A stretch of 64,000 nt of DNA from an uncultured delta proteobacterium (lineage in GTDB: Bacteria > Desulfobacterota > Desulfobaccia > Desulfobaccales > 0-14-0-80-60-11): assembly GCA_963812015.1 (NCBI GenBank), contig CAWETI010000002.1, positions 704,001 to 768,000 on the forward strand, given 5' to 3'. Under the pieces are notes generated by a model. That model made no database searches and had not been told where the DNA came from. It saw only the letters and a program-made list of their open reading frames with translations. Shown here in pieces: positions 19,166-27,496 of the stretch (the first letter of the stretch is position 1; each line of letters begins with the position of its first letter). A program made the translations under genes and the position numbers.

Positions 19166-19984
19166 TTATATCATATCCCATGGGTAATCAGGATCAATAT
19201 TCCGCAGTCTCTTCTTAAGGGCTTGGTAGGATATTTTTTTGGAAAGGAATCCTTCTTCAACCAATTTGACAATAACTTGATTCCAGGGGGCGAAATTTTT
19301 CCTGGTTCTCTTTCTTTTCTCCTCGGTGTGCGTTTTGCTTTGCTGTTTTGTATTCTTGAGCGTTTCAGCAGTCACTCGCATTCTATTTCGCAACTGTTCT
19401 TGCAACTCTGCCAATGTATAGGGAATTTCTGGATTAGATGAATTTTCCCGAACCTTCATTTCAGCTAAATAATTCAGGGGGGATTCTTTGGCTAGGGCAG
19501 AACCTGTGATAACCCCACGAAGCTCCAGGACCCTCATCATAAGGGTTATATCTTTGGGGCGCTTCATGCCAGTCTCAATACCCACTATCTTGGTTTCTCG
19601 CAAGACTTCGCGGGCATCGTGCCTTCGGAGCCGTAACATCCGAATCCATTCGACGAAATGGTTCCTAACCCAATGGGGAAGCTCCGGGTGAAAATCGGCG
19701 AACCGAGGTAAAACCTCTGCATATTCTCCGGTGGAATCGAATACAAGGCTGAAGCCGGGCCGCCGAGTTTCGGCAGGACGGCTCCTCAACAGGCCGGACC
19801 TGAGGGCTTTAACGGACAGTTCGTCAATCCTCTTTTGGATCTCATAAAATTCAGGGACCTGAATACCAGTTTTGGGGTCCCCTGGCGGGAGGGCTCTGAA
19901 TTTTTCATTTTCTGCCTTGATTTCCTCGAGAAGGCTCCGTTGTCTTGGAGTAATTGGAGGAAAATCAGGGGTGGAATTTTTCAT
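19166..19984 (-). CDS. Hypothetical protein between integrase and alpA (possible regulator)
   Basis: 272-aa ORF with GGAG SD; position typical of P4-like island regulators; no recognised motif. Confidence 0.6.
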   Translation of the reverse strand: MKNSTPDFPPITPRQRSLLEEIKAENEKFRALPPGDPKTGIQVPEFYEIQKRIDELSVKALRSGLLRSRPAETRRPGFSLVFDSTGEYAEVLPRFADFHPELPHWVRNHFVEWIRMLRLRRHDAREVLRETKIVGIETGMKRPKDITLMMRVLELRGVITGSALAKESPLNYLAEMKVRENSSNPEIPYTLAELQEQLRNRMRVTAETLKNTKQQSKTHTEEKRKRTRKNFAPWNQVIVKLVEEGFLSKKISYQALKKRLRNIDPDYPWDMI

Positions 19985-20077
19985 CTTGACGACTCCGGTT
20001 CTGCCCTGGATTCCAGGGAAAGCGGCCCAGGATTGCCACCTTGTCGGGAGCGACCTTATCCATGGGAATCTTCTTAT

Positions 20078-21298
20078 TTAAACTCCACGAACCATCGGGA
20101 TAACATTAGTTTCCGCGCCTTTGATTATGCCCTTGAGCTTGCACCCCCAGGCTTCCAGGGCTTGCCTTTTCTCCCGATCGTAACTATGGCGGTCATAAAC
20201 GGCGGTTACGCCCTTCTCCACATGATTCAGAATCTTGCTCACCACCAACCGGGAAATGCCCATGCCGGTCATATGGCTGGCCGCGCTGCGCCGCAGGTCG
20301 TGAGGAACAAAGCTGAACCCCAGGGCCTCCAGGCCGGGGCGCCTCAGGGCATGGTCGATGGCCTCCGGGGTGATGTGCCTGTCAGTCTGGGGTGAGGGAA
20401 AAATCCAAGGCGAGTTGCCGGTGATGTTCTTCGCCGCTTGGAGTAACTCCATCGCCAGGTGAGAGAGGGGTACTCGGTGGGCCATCTTATTCTTGGCCTT
20501 CTCAGGCGGGATCGTCCACCACCTGTCAGTCAAATCAATTTCATCCCAGGCCGCCGATACAATTTCGGCCTTTCTCTGGCCGGTTACCAGTTGCAGCTTG
20601 AGAGCCAGCTTTGTTCCCTTTGACATCATTTTCGCCCCTTCTATGGCATGCCAAAGGGCGCGGATTTCATCCGTAGTCAACACCCGGTCCCGCCGCTGCT
20701 CCGGAGCCGGGGCCCTGACCGCCAGGCAGGGGGAGACGGCTACAATATCCCGGCTCACGGCGAAGTTGAACATCTTACGAATAGTCGCTAAGGTTCGGTT
20801 CGCCATGATGCTGGCGCCCCGGTCAACTATGTCATCAAGCAGCCCGATAACATCCCGCCGGGTGATGTCTTTGGCCTTGCGATGACCCCACGCCGGCAAA
20901 ACGTCCTTTTGCAAGATGCGGGCGTCTTCCCGCCAGGAGCGCTTGCGGGGCTTTGCCCACTTCTCCAAGTATTCCTCGGCCAGGGCAGCCGCGGTGGGGG
21001 CGTCACGTTCTTCCTTACGTTCGTTAATGGCTTTAGCTCCAGGATTAATTCCATGACGAAGCACCTTCCAGGCATCTGCATGGGCTTCATGGGCGTCGGC
21101 CAGGGTCAGCTCCGGATATGTCCCCAAAGTCATCCACCTGACTTTACCATCGAATCGGTATTTGAAGATGAAGGTCTTGACTCCATTTGGCGTCACCCGT
21201 ACTCCCAAACCACGCTCTCCCCACTCTGTGTATCGTTTGTCCTTACCCTTCAGGTTCTTAATTTGAAAGTCGGTTAGTTTCTTTTTCCCATTTTTCAT
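20078..21298 (-). CDS. int: Tyrosine integrase with N-terminal arm-binding domain (P4-like)
   Basis: GLGVRVTPNGVKTFIFKYR arm domain; catalytic TGQR, KNK, HDLRR, LNH, VYD; likely ATG 21298. Confidence 0.92.
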   Translation of the reverse strand: MKNGKKKLTDFQIKNLKGKDKRYTEWGERGLGVRVTPNGVKTFIFKYRFDGKVRWMTLGTYPELTLADAHEAHADAWKVLRHGINPGAKAINERKEERDAPTAAALAEEYLEKWAKPRKRSWREDARILQKDVLPAWGHRKAKDITRRDVIGLLDDIVDRGASIMANRTLATIRKMFNFAVSRDIVAVSPCLAVRAPAPEQRRDRVLTTDEIRALWHAIEGAKMMSKGTKLALKLQLVTGQRKAEIVSAAWDEIDLTDRWWTIPPEKAKNKMAHRVPLSHLAMELLQAAKNITGNSPWIFPSPQTDRHITPEAIDHALRRPGLEALGFSFVPHDLRRSAASHMTGMGISRLVVSKILNHVEKGVTAVYDRHSYDREKRQALEAWGCKLKGIIKGAETNVIPMVRGV

Positions 21299-21316
21299 CT
21301 CAGCACCGCCTTTGGG

Positions 21317-21340
21317 CTGGGCTACCATCTGGGCTACCAT
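21317..21340. repeat. Tandem 12-bp repeat, putative integrase arm-type site
   Basis: CTGGGCTACCAT twice, between the integrase start and the att core. Confidence 0.55.
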
Positions 21341-21479
21341 TTTGAGGGTGGCAATAGGTGAAGCATAAAGGGGTCTCTTGAAACAAGAAATACCAGGATC
21401 AATTAGGATTGTCAATGAATTAAAGAAGTACGAGGAGATATTCTGGAGAGATAAAAATCAAAAAGAAACGTCACTTGTC

Positions 21480-21528
21480 CTGATTCGTAATCAGCAGGCC
21501 CGGGGTTCGACCCCCCGTGCCGGCTCCA
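21480..21528 (+). other. attR: 3' fragment of tRNA-Thr(CGT)
   Basis: CTGA-TTCGTAA-TCAG anticodon arm, CGGGGTTCGACCCCCCG T-arm, ends CCA; no acceptor 5' strand or D-arm upstream. Confidence 0.85.
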
Positions 21529-21532
21529 GTGA

Positions 21533-21545
21533 TATCAACGAGTTA
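21533..21545 (+). promoter_or_regulatory. IHF consensus binding site
   Basis: TATCAA-CGAG-TTA matches WATCAANNNNTTR exactly. Confidence 0.55.
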
Positions 21546-21619
21546 GGCAACTAGGCCTTCCCTCCATTTAGTTCTGTGGGACTCTGTGTAGGACTCTCTG
21601 ATAGGACCTCATCCAATGC

Positions 21620-21958
21620 CCAGGGCAGCCAGTATACGTTTCACGATTTCCAAGAAGAAAATGCCTTTCTGGGAATCACCAACTCTCCGGCCTTTGTCCG
21701 GGCCCCGGAGGGCAACGGCTGCGCCGAGCGCTTTGTCCGCATCCTCAAAGAAAACCTGCTCTGGATAATGACCTTCCACACCGTGGAGGAATTGCGCCAG
21801 GCCCTCCTGGAGTTTAAGGGCGCGTATAACGAAAACTGGATCATCCGACGCCATGGCTACAAAACCCCGGCCCAGGTGCGCTTGGAACAATCTCAGGCTT
21901 TGCCCCCGGTCGCCTGATTCACCCCCTAACCGTGTCCAAAAAATTGTAGACGGTTACA
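21620..21958 (+). pseudogene. IS3-family transposase C-terminal remnant with right inverted repeat
   Basis: GSQY...PEGNGCAERFVRILKE...YN...H GYKTPAQ integrase-core tail; TGTCCAAAAAATTGTAGACGGTTACA end at about 21933-21958. Confidence 0.75.
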
Positions 21959-22019
21959 GTTTACCCGTAATTGTCGGGTATGAACTCCACCCCCGGCCTA
22001 CTCTAATATAACTTGTAGA

Positions 22020-23549
22020 TCAGCTTTTGGGGGACAGGTCAGCTGCGCTGGCTTCTTTTTTTCCGAAAATCCAACCTGTCGCAAATGTCAGAAATGTGCC
22101 GATCAACAAAAGCCAGGTCCATCCCAGCGGGAATATATTCTTCTCGGAAAGAATCAAGAGAACCAGCATGGCAAGTGCGGAAAGGGCCATGGCGATGACA
22201 TTGACCCGGTTGCAGCGCCTTTTGGTCAGGAGCCCCAGGAGAAAAACTCCCAGTAAAGAGCCGTAGGTGACCCCACCAATTTTAAAAGCGAGCCAGAGGA
22301 ATTTTTCAAAATGGCTGAAAATGTAGGCGATGAACGCCAAAATAATGCCAAAAAGAACCACACAAACTCTGGAAATTAGCAGATAGTGGCGGTCAGTTCC
22401 CGACTTAAAAATCACCGGACGATAGATGTCCGTGACAAATGAAGTGGTCAGGGAACCTAACGGCGTATCAAAGCTCGCCATCACAAGCGCCGCGAGCATC
22501 AGCCCTCTCATCAAGGGGGGCATCGCCTGTTCGATAAAATGCGGAAAAATTTTGTCCAATTTTGCCGGCAGCGGCATCCCGGGATGTTGAGCATAGAAGG
22601 CATAAAGGCAAGCGCCAACAGAGAGGAAGATGATCATCATCAGAAAACTGCCGATGGGGGTCAGCAGCATGGTTTTCTGGCTTTCTTTTCTCGTTTCCAC
22701 GGTCAGGAGTCGCTGCATGGACTCCTGATCCGTCCCAAAGGCCGCCATCGAGCCAAAAAACCCGTTCAAAGTCGCCAGCACAAAGAGATTGGGATCCGTG
22801 AACAGGCTCTTCAGGACTCCTGTCAGTCCGGATGCCGCCAGCCCCGGTCCCCAGTTGAAGATTTTCAGTTTGCCGGCGTGGCCGGCAATCGCCACCACGG
22901 CCCCGGCGCCGCCGTCAATGCGGGTGAGAAGGAAACCGATGGCGACCGTTCCAGCAGTTATGTAAGTCAGGCCTTGAATCACATTGGTCCAAACTATTGC
23001 CTTGATCCCGCCCCAGGCGACATAGAGAATGCAGATGACCGAAAATAGCACAATTGTCGGCAGGATAGGCCAGCCGATTAAGATGCTCACCGCCAAACAG
23101 GCCACCATCAACCGGACGCCGGAAGCCAGCAGACGCGTAATGAAAAACAGGATCGAGCCGGCGATTTGGGTTTCCGGTCCGAAGCGATATTTTAAAAATT
23201 CATAAATAGAGGTGCAGTTATAGTGGTAAAAGGCCGGGATAAACAGAAAGGCGATGGCGACCCGGGCCAGAAAATCGCCAATAAAAAACTGGGCATATTC
23301 CCAGTTTTCCATATAAGCGATAGCGGGCACCGCAATCAGGGTGAGGGCGCTGATTTCAGCCGCCACAAACGCCAGACCAGCCGCCCACCAGGGGATTTTT
23401 CTCCCGCCCAGGAAAAAGTCATTGGTTGATTTTTCTTCCCTGCCAGTGTAAAAGCCGACAAAAATCACCAAAACGAGACCCACTAACAGGACGGAGTAAT
23501 CCTGCCAGGTCAGACTGCTGCCGCTGGTAAAAAGGGTTGAGCTTTCCAT
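22020..23549 (-). CDS. Sodium:solute symporter
   Basis: FFLGGRKIPWW, AEISALT and GTDQESMQRLL motifs; many hydrophobic segments. Confidence 0.9.
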   Translation of the reverse strand: MESSTLFTSGSSLTWQDYSVLLVGLVLVIFVGFYTGREEKSTNDFFLGGRKIPWWAAGLAFVAAEISALTLIAVPAIAYMENWEYAQFFIGDFLARVAIAFLFIPAFYHYNCTSIYEFLKYRFGPETQIAGSILFFITRLLASGVRLMVACLAVSILIGWPILPTIVLFSVICILYVAWGGIKAIVWTNVIQGLTYITAGTVAIGFLLTRIDGGAGAVVAIAGHAGKLKIFNWGPGLAASGLTGVLKSLFTDPNLFVLATLNGFFGSMAAFGTDQESMQRLLTVETRKESQKTMLLTPIGSFLMMIIFLSVGACLYAFYAQHPGMPLPAKLDKIFPHFIEQAMPPLMRGLMLAALVMASFDTPLGSLTTSFVTDIYRPVIFKSGTDRHYLLISRVCVVLFGIILAFIAYIFSHFEKFLWLAFKIGGVTYGSLLGVFLLGLLTKRRCNRVNVIAMALSALAMLVLLILSEKNIFPLGWTWLLLIGTFLTFATGWIFGKKEASAADLSPKS

Positions 23550-23604
23550 AAAGCACCAAACTAACGTATCAAAAAAATATTTGCATGGTTAAAATGATCT
23601 CACT

Positions 23605-25188
23605 ATGAAATTAGCAGAATTTGTGGGAGAACGGCTGGTCATCGGCATTCCCGGAACCAAGATCACTCCGGAGATTGTTCGCCATTTTAACGAATTGAAT
23701 GCGGGCGGGCTGATTCTCTACCGGATCAATTTTGACTCTCCGCAGCAGATTAAAAAACTGATTGCCGATCTGGAAGAGGCTCTCGGGAGAAAACTGCTGG
23801 TGACGGTAGACCATGAAGGCGGGCGGGTCATCATGTTCAGGGACGGCAGCACCGTTTTTCCGGACAATCTTGCGGTGGGAACGGCCGGAAAAATCGACTA
23901 TGCTAGGCAGCAGGGCGAGATAGAGGCGAAAGAACTGAGAAGACTGGGGCTGGATGTGAATCTGGCGCCGGTGCTCGATGTTTTGACCGATGCTTACAGC
24001 CCGAATATCGGGATACGGGCTTACGGAAAAGATTGGCGATTGGTTGCGCAGATGGGCGCGGCGCGGATTTCAGGAATGCAAACGGGCGGACTATCAGCCT
24101 GCGCCAAGCATTTTCCCGGCAAGGGTCATGCGCCCGTAGATGCCCATGTTGGACTGCCGGTCATCCAATCCACCTGGAGAGAGATGGAAGAGGTCCATCT
24201 GCAGCCTTTTGTGGAAGCGATTGCAACCGGAGTTGATTTGGTGATGTCTTCTCATCCCTACTATCCCAAACTTGATCCTGATCCTAAAAAAATCGCCACA
24301 TTTTCCAGAAAAATTATTTACGATTACCTGAGACGCGAGCTCAACTTCAAAGGAATCATTGCCAGCGACGATCTGGAAATGGGGGCGATTAAAGCGATCT
24401 GCCCTATCGGCGAAGCGGGGATTCTAGCTGCGCAAGCGGGACATGATCTGCTGCTGGTTTGTCATGACCTCAAGGCCCAGAAAGAGGTTTACTATAAACT
24501 TCTCGAGGCCTATAAAAGCAAACAACTTCCCCTGAAAGAACTGGAGGAGAGCGCGGCACGGATCAAAAGATTGAAATTAAAGAGGGAAGAAAGATTTGAG
24601 GGGGGAGAAGCCTGCGCCGAAAAAGAAGGTTCCATCTTGGCTGAAAGAATCTGCCGTGAATCTGTCCTAGTTCTCCAAGATGAGAGAAAATTAATGCCGC
24701 TGAAGAGCGGCGAAAAAAGAATTGGCGTTATCTTTCCGCAATTTTCATGGTTCGATGCTAAAATCATGGTTGAAAAGGAAGTTTTGCCTGAAAATGAATT
24801 CGTCCGGAATGAGTTTAAGAAATTCGGCATGAATCCCGATATTCAAATTGTCTCAATCGAGCCGGCGGATGCAGAAATTCAGCAGGCGGTAAACCTTGCA
24901 CAAAACTCCGATCTGACCATTTTCTTCTGCTTTGACGCGCATCTCTATCCCTCTAATAAAAAACTTCTGGATTCGATCCAAGATTCCGCCAAAGAGCTGG
25001 TGGTTGACCTGTTGCGCGACCCTTATGACGCGGACTTTATCGAGGCAGACGTGGCCTGCCTCACCGATTTCGGCTGGAGGGCCTGCCAGATCAAGGCTGC
25101 CATTGCAAAACTTTGCTCTTCTCCCTCTCCCTTGCGGGGAGGGCGCCGGCCCCCTGCCATAGAGCCCGGCGCCCCTGATCGTGTTTAG
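23605..25188 (+). CDS. nagZ: GH3 beta-N-acetylhexosaminidase
   Basis: VDHEGGRV, APVLDV, KHFPGKG..VDAH and SDDLEMGA motifs. Confidence 0.85.
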   Translation: MKLAEFVGERLVIGIPGTKITPEIVRHFNELNAGGLILYRINFDSPQQIKKLIADLEEALGRKLLVTVDHEGGRVIMFRDGSTVFPDNLAVGTAGKIDYARQQGEIEAKELRRLGLDVNLAPVLDVLTDAYSPNIGIRAYGKDWRLVAQMGAARISGMQTGGLSACAKHFPGKGHAPVDAHVGLPVIQSTWREMEEVHLQPFVEAIATGVDLVMSSHPYYPKLDPDPKKIATFSRKIIYDYLRRELNFKGIIASDDLEMGAIKAICPIGEAGILAAQAGHDLLLVCHDLKAQKEVYYKLLEAYKSKQLPLKELEESAARIKRLKLKREERFEGGEACAEKEGSILAERICRESVLVLQDERKLMPLKSGEKRIGVIFPQFSWFDAKIMVEKEVLPENEFVRNEFKKFGMNPDIQIVSIEPADAEIQQAVNLAQNSDLTIFFCFDAHLYPSNKKLLDSIQDSAKELVVDLLRDPYDADFIEADVACLTDFGWRACQIKAAIAKLCSSPSPLRGGRRPPAIEPGAPDRV

Positions 25189-26708
25189 CTGAAGGTTCCC
25201 GGTCCGGTGGCCGCGGCCCGTTCCTCGTGAGACATGGCGGCCAGGCGCTCCACCGCGGCGACCTCGAGACCCAGCCCTGCAGCCACCCGCCGCCCATAGT
25301 CGGCATCAGCCTTAAAAAACAGAGCGGTCTGCCGCATCTGAATGCGTTTGGCGGCGTTCCCCAAGTGATCGACAATATTGCCGATGAGGTGATCCCGATC
25401 CGGGTCGCGCATGACCTTGCGGTAGAGGTCCCCGGGCTGGACGAAATCGTCGTTGGGGAAGGTAAAGGGATGGCGTCCCGCCGGTCCGGTAATCTCAAAG
25501 GGCGGCTCGCCCGCGCCGGGGTCCGGAGCCGGCCCGCCGAAACTATTGGGATAATAATTGGGGCCGCCGCCGCCGCCCGCGTCCACCCGCATAAAGCCGT
25601 CCCGCTGGTAGCTCATCTCCGGGGCGCATTTCGGGGCGTTCACGGGAATCAGATGGTAGTTGGGCCCCAGCCGGTGAATGTGGGTGTCATGATAGGAGAA
25701 CACCCGGGCCTGGAGCATCTTATCCGGAGATACGGCAATGCCCGGCACCACGTTGCCGGGGCAGAAGGCGGCCTGCTCCACCTCGGCGAAATAATTCTCC
25801 GGGTTGCGGTTCAGCACCAGTTTGCCGATTTTGATGGGCGGCACCTCGGCGTGGGGCCAAACCTTGGTGATATCGAAGATGTCCCAGCGGAAGTCCTTGG
25901 CCATCTCCGGGGTCAGGATTTGCATCTCCAGGGTCCAGGAAGGGTAATCGCCCCGGGCGATGGCCGCGTAGAGGTCCCGGGTGGCGTGGTCCGGATCGGC
26001 GCCGCTCAGGCCTCCGGCTTCCTGCCGGGTCAGGTTCTTGATGCCCTGGTCGGTCTTGAAATGGTACTGCACCCAGAAATAGTCGCCCTTGGCGTTATAC
26101 CATTTATAGGTGTGGCTGCTGTAACCGTTCATGTTGCGGTAGGTGGCCGGCGTGCCCCGGTCCGAGAAGAGAATGGTGACCTGGTGGATGGATTCCGGGG
26201 TCAACGACAAAAAGTCCCAGAACATGTCGGCGTCCTTGCAATTGGTGGCCGGATGCCGCTTCTGGGTGTGGATGAAGTCAGCAAACTTGAGGGGGTCCCG
26301 GATGAAGAATACCGGCGTGTTGTTGCCGACAAAATCGTAATTGCCCTCTTCAGTATAAAATTTGACCGCAAATCCCCGGGGGTCCCGGGCGGCGTCGGCC
26401 GAGCCTTTTTCGCCGCCCACCGTAGAAAACCGGGCGAAGACCTCGGTCCGTTTGCCGATGGCGGAGAGGAACTTGGCCCTGGTGTACCGGGTCACGTCCG
26501 CGGTCACTTCAAAGTAGCCGCCAGCGCCGGCGCCCTTGGCGTGCACCACCCGTTCGGGAATGCGCTCCCGGTCAAAGTGGGCCAGCTTCTCCAGGAGATG
26601 GGCGTCCTGCATTAACACCGGACCGCGGGGCCCCGCGGTGAGGCTGTTTTGATCATCGGCCACGGGGATGCCGAAGGCAGTGGTGAGCGTATCTTTTTTC
26701 TCGGTCAT
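25185..26708 (-). CDS. katA: Monofunctional heme catalase
   Basis: FDRERIPERVVHAKG and ARVFSYHDTH signatures; AGGAGG SD before ATG 26708. Confidence 0.95.
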   Translation of the reverse strand: MTEKKDTLTTAFGIPVADDQNSLTAGPRGPVLMQDAHLLEKLAHFDRERIPERVVHAKGAGAGGYFEVTADVTRYTRAKFLSAIGKRTEVFARFSTVGGEKGSADAARDPRGFAVKFYTEEGNYDFVGNNTPVFFIRDPLKFADFIHTQKRHPATNCKDADMFWDFLSLTPESIHQVTILFSDRGTPATYRNMNGYSSHTYKWYNAKGDYFWVQYHFKTDQGIKNLTRQEAGGLSGADPDHATRDLYAAIARGDYPSWTLEMQILTPEMAKDFRWDIFDITKVWPHAEVPPIKIGKLVLNRNPENYFAEVEQAAFCPGNVVPGIAVSPDKMLQARVFSYHDTHIHRLGPNYHLIPVNAPKCAPEMSYQRDGFMRVDAGGGGGPNYYPNSFGGPAPDPGAGEPPFEITGPAGRHPFTFPNDDFVQPGDLYRKVMRDPDRDHLIGNIVDHLGNAAKRIQMRQTALFFKADADYGRRVAAGLGLEVAAVERLAAMSHEERAAATGPGTFS

Positions 26709-26845
26709 ATTCTTCCTCCTTGCCTGATTGACGCAGGTTTTGGTTGCCACGCCGGGCCTATCGGGGTCCCCCGACAGCTCAAGTTATGGTCAGTGCATAA
26801 CTAGTAATTACGATTCGTTATGGATGCCCAACAAAAATTGCCGAT

Positions 26846-27286
26846 CTACTCTTTTCTTTGGCATTCTGGACAGATGCCGAAGAAATCAAGGCGATGCTCC
26901 ACGATCTTAAAACCCGTTGTCAGGGCCGCTTCCGCCGCAAGTTGGGGCATGTTGCCCAGATCCGGGTCCAGGATCCGTTTGCACCTGATGCAGACGACAT
27001 GGGGATGCGGATAAGGTTTGTTGCCGTCGTAGCGGTTGCTGCCATCCGCAAAGCCCAGTTCCAAGACCTCGTTTAATTGCTTGAGCAGCATGACCGTCTT
27101 GTAAATCGTGGCCAGGCTGGTGGTGGGAAAAATCTCCCGCACCTGCTCATAAATGCACTCCACGCTGGGGTGCCCCTGGCTGGACGCCAAAATCTTAAGG
27201 ATAGCCAGCCTTTGCGGAGTAATCCGGAAATTCCGGGTTTTCAGCTTGGCCAGCATCTGGTCTAAGCGGCTCTGGGGATCAGCCAT
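26846..27286 (-). CDS. perR: Fur-family peroxide regulator PerR
   Basis: RITPQRLAIL, HPS, SLATIYK, HPHVVCIRC and CPEC; directly upstream of catalase. Confidence 0.85.
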   Translation of the reverse strand: MADPQSRLDQMLAKLKTRNFRITPQRLAILKILASSQGHPSVECIYEQVREIFPTTSLATIYKTVMLLKQLNEVLELGFADGSNRYDGNKPYPHPHVVCIRCKRILDPDLGNMPQLAAEAALTTGFKIVEHRLDFFGICPECQRKE

Positions 27287-27415
27287 ATCTTGATAACCGC
27301 CTGGCACCAGGTCTGTCCTTCGGGAGCCTGCGGCCCCCAACTTTTGCTGAGTTGATTTCTTTATAGATAATAATTCTTATTAAAGAATATGTCAATTTAT
27401 CTGATCCGACCAAGT

Positions 27416-27448
27416 AAAAAGGCCTCCAGCCCTGAGGGGCTGGAGGCC
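27416..27448 (-). terminator. Rho-independent terminator of the fdh operon
   Basis: GGCCTCCAGCCC-CTCA-GGGCTGGAGGCC-TTTTT on the minus strand. Confidence 0.85.
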
Positions 27449-27496
27449 GGAAACGTTCTTATTTTAGCCTAACTATAACGCCTGGCTGCTTTTGGC

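Larger units (their letters stand above)
1..21528. mobile_element. Integrative element at tRNA-Thr(CGT); left end outside the window
   Basis: Integrase next to a duplicated tRNA 3' half, followed by alpA, replication genes and defence cargo; visibly lower GC than the host genes to the right. Confidence 0.85.

Noticed and set aside
21470..21528. Intact tRNA-Thr gene
   Set aside because: Only the anticodon arm to CCA is present; upstream sequence cannot form the D-arm or acceptor stem, so it is an att duplication.
25227..26615. 462-aa ORF antisense to catalase (likewise 43497-45485, 45546-47162, 36785-37669, 62285-63253 and similar)
   Set aside because: Shadow ORFs produced by high GC3 codon bias opposite well-supported genes.
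27360..27385. PerR/Fur box upstream of perR (and at about 26800 upstream of catalase)
   Set aside because: AT-rich and plausible by context, but the dyad symmetry is too weak to call.
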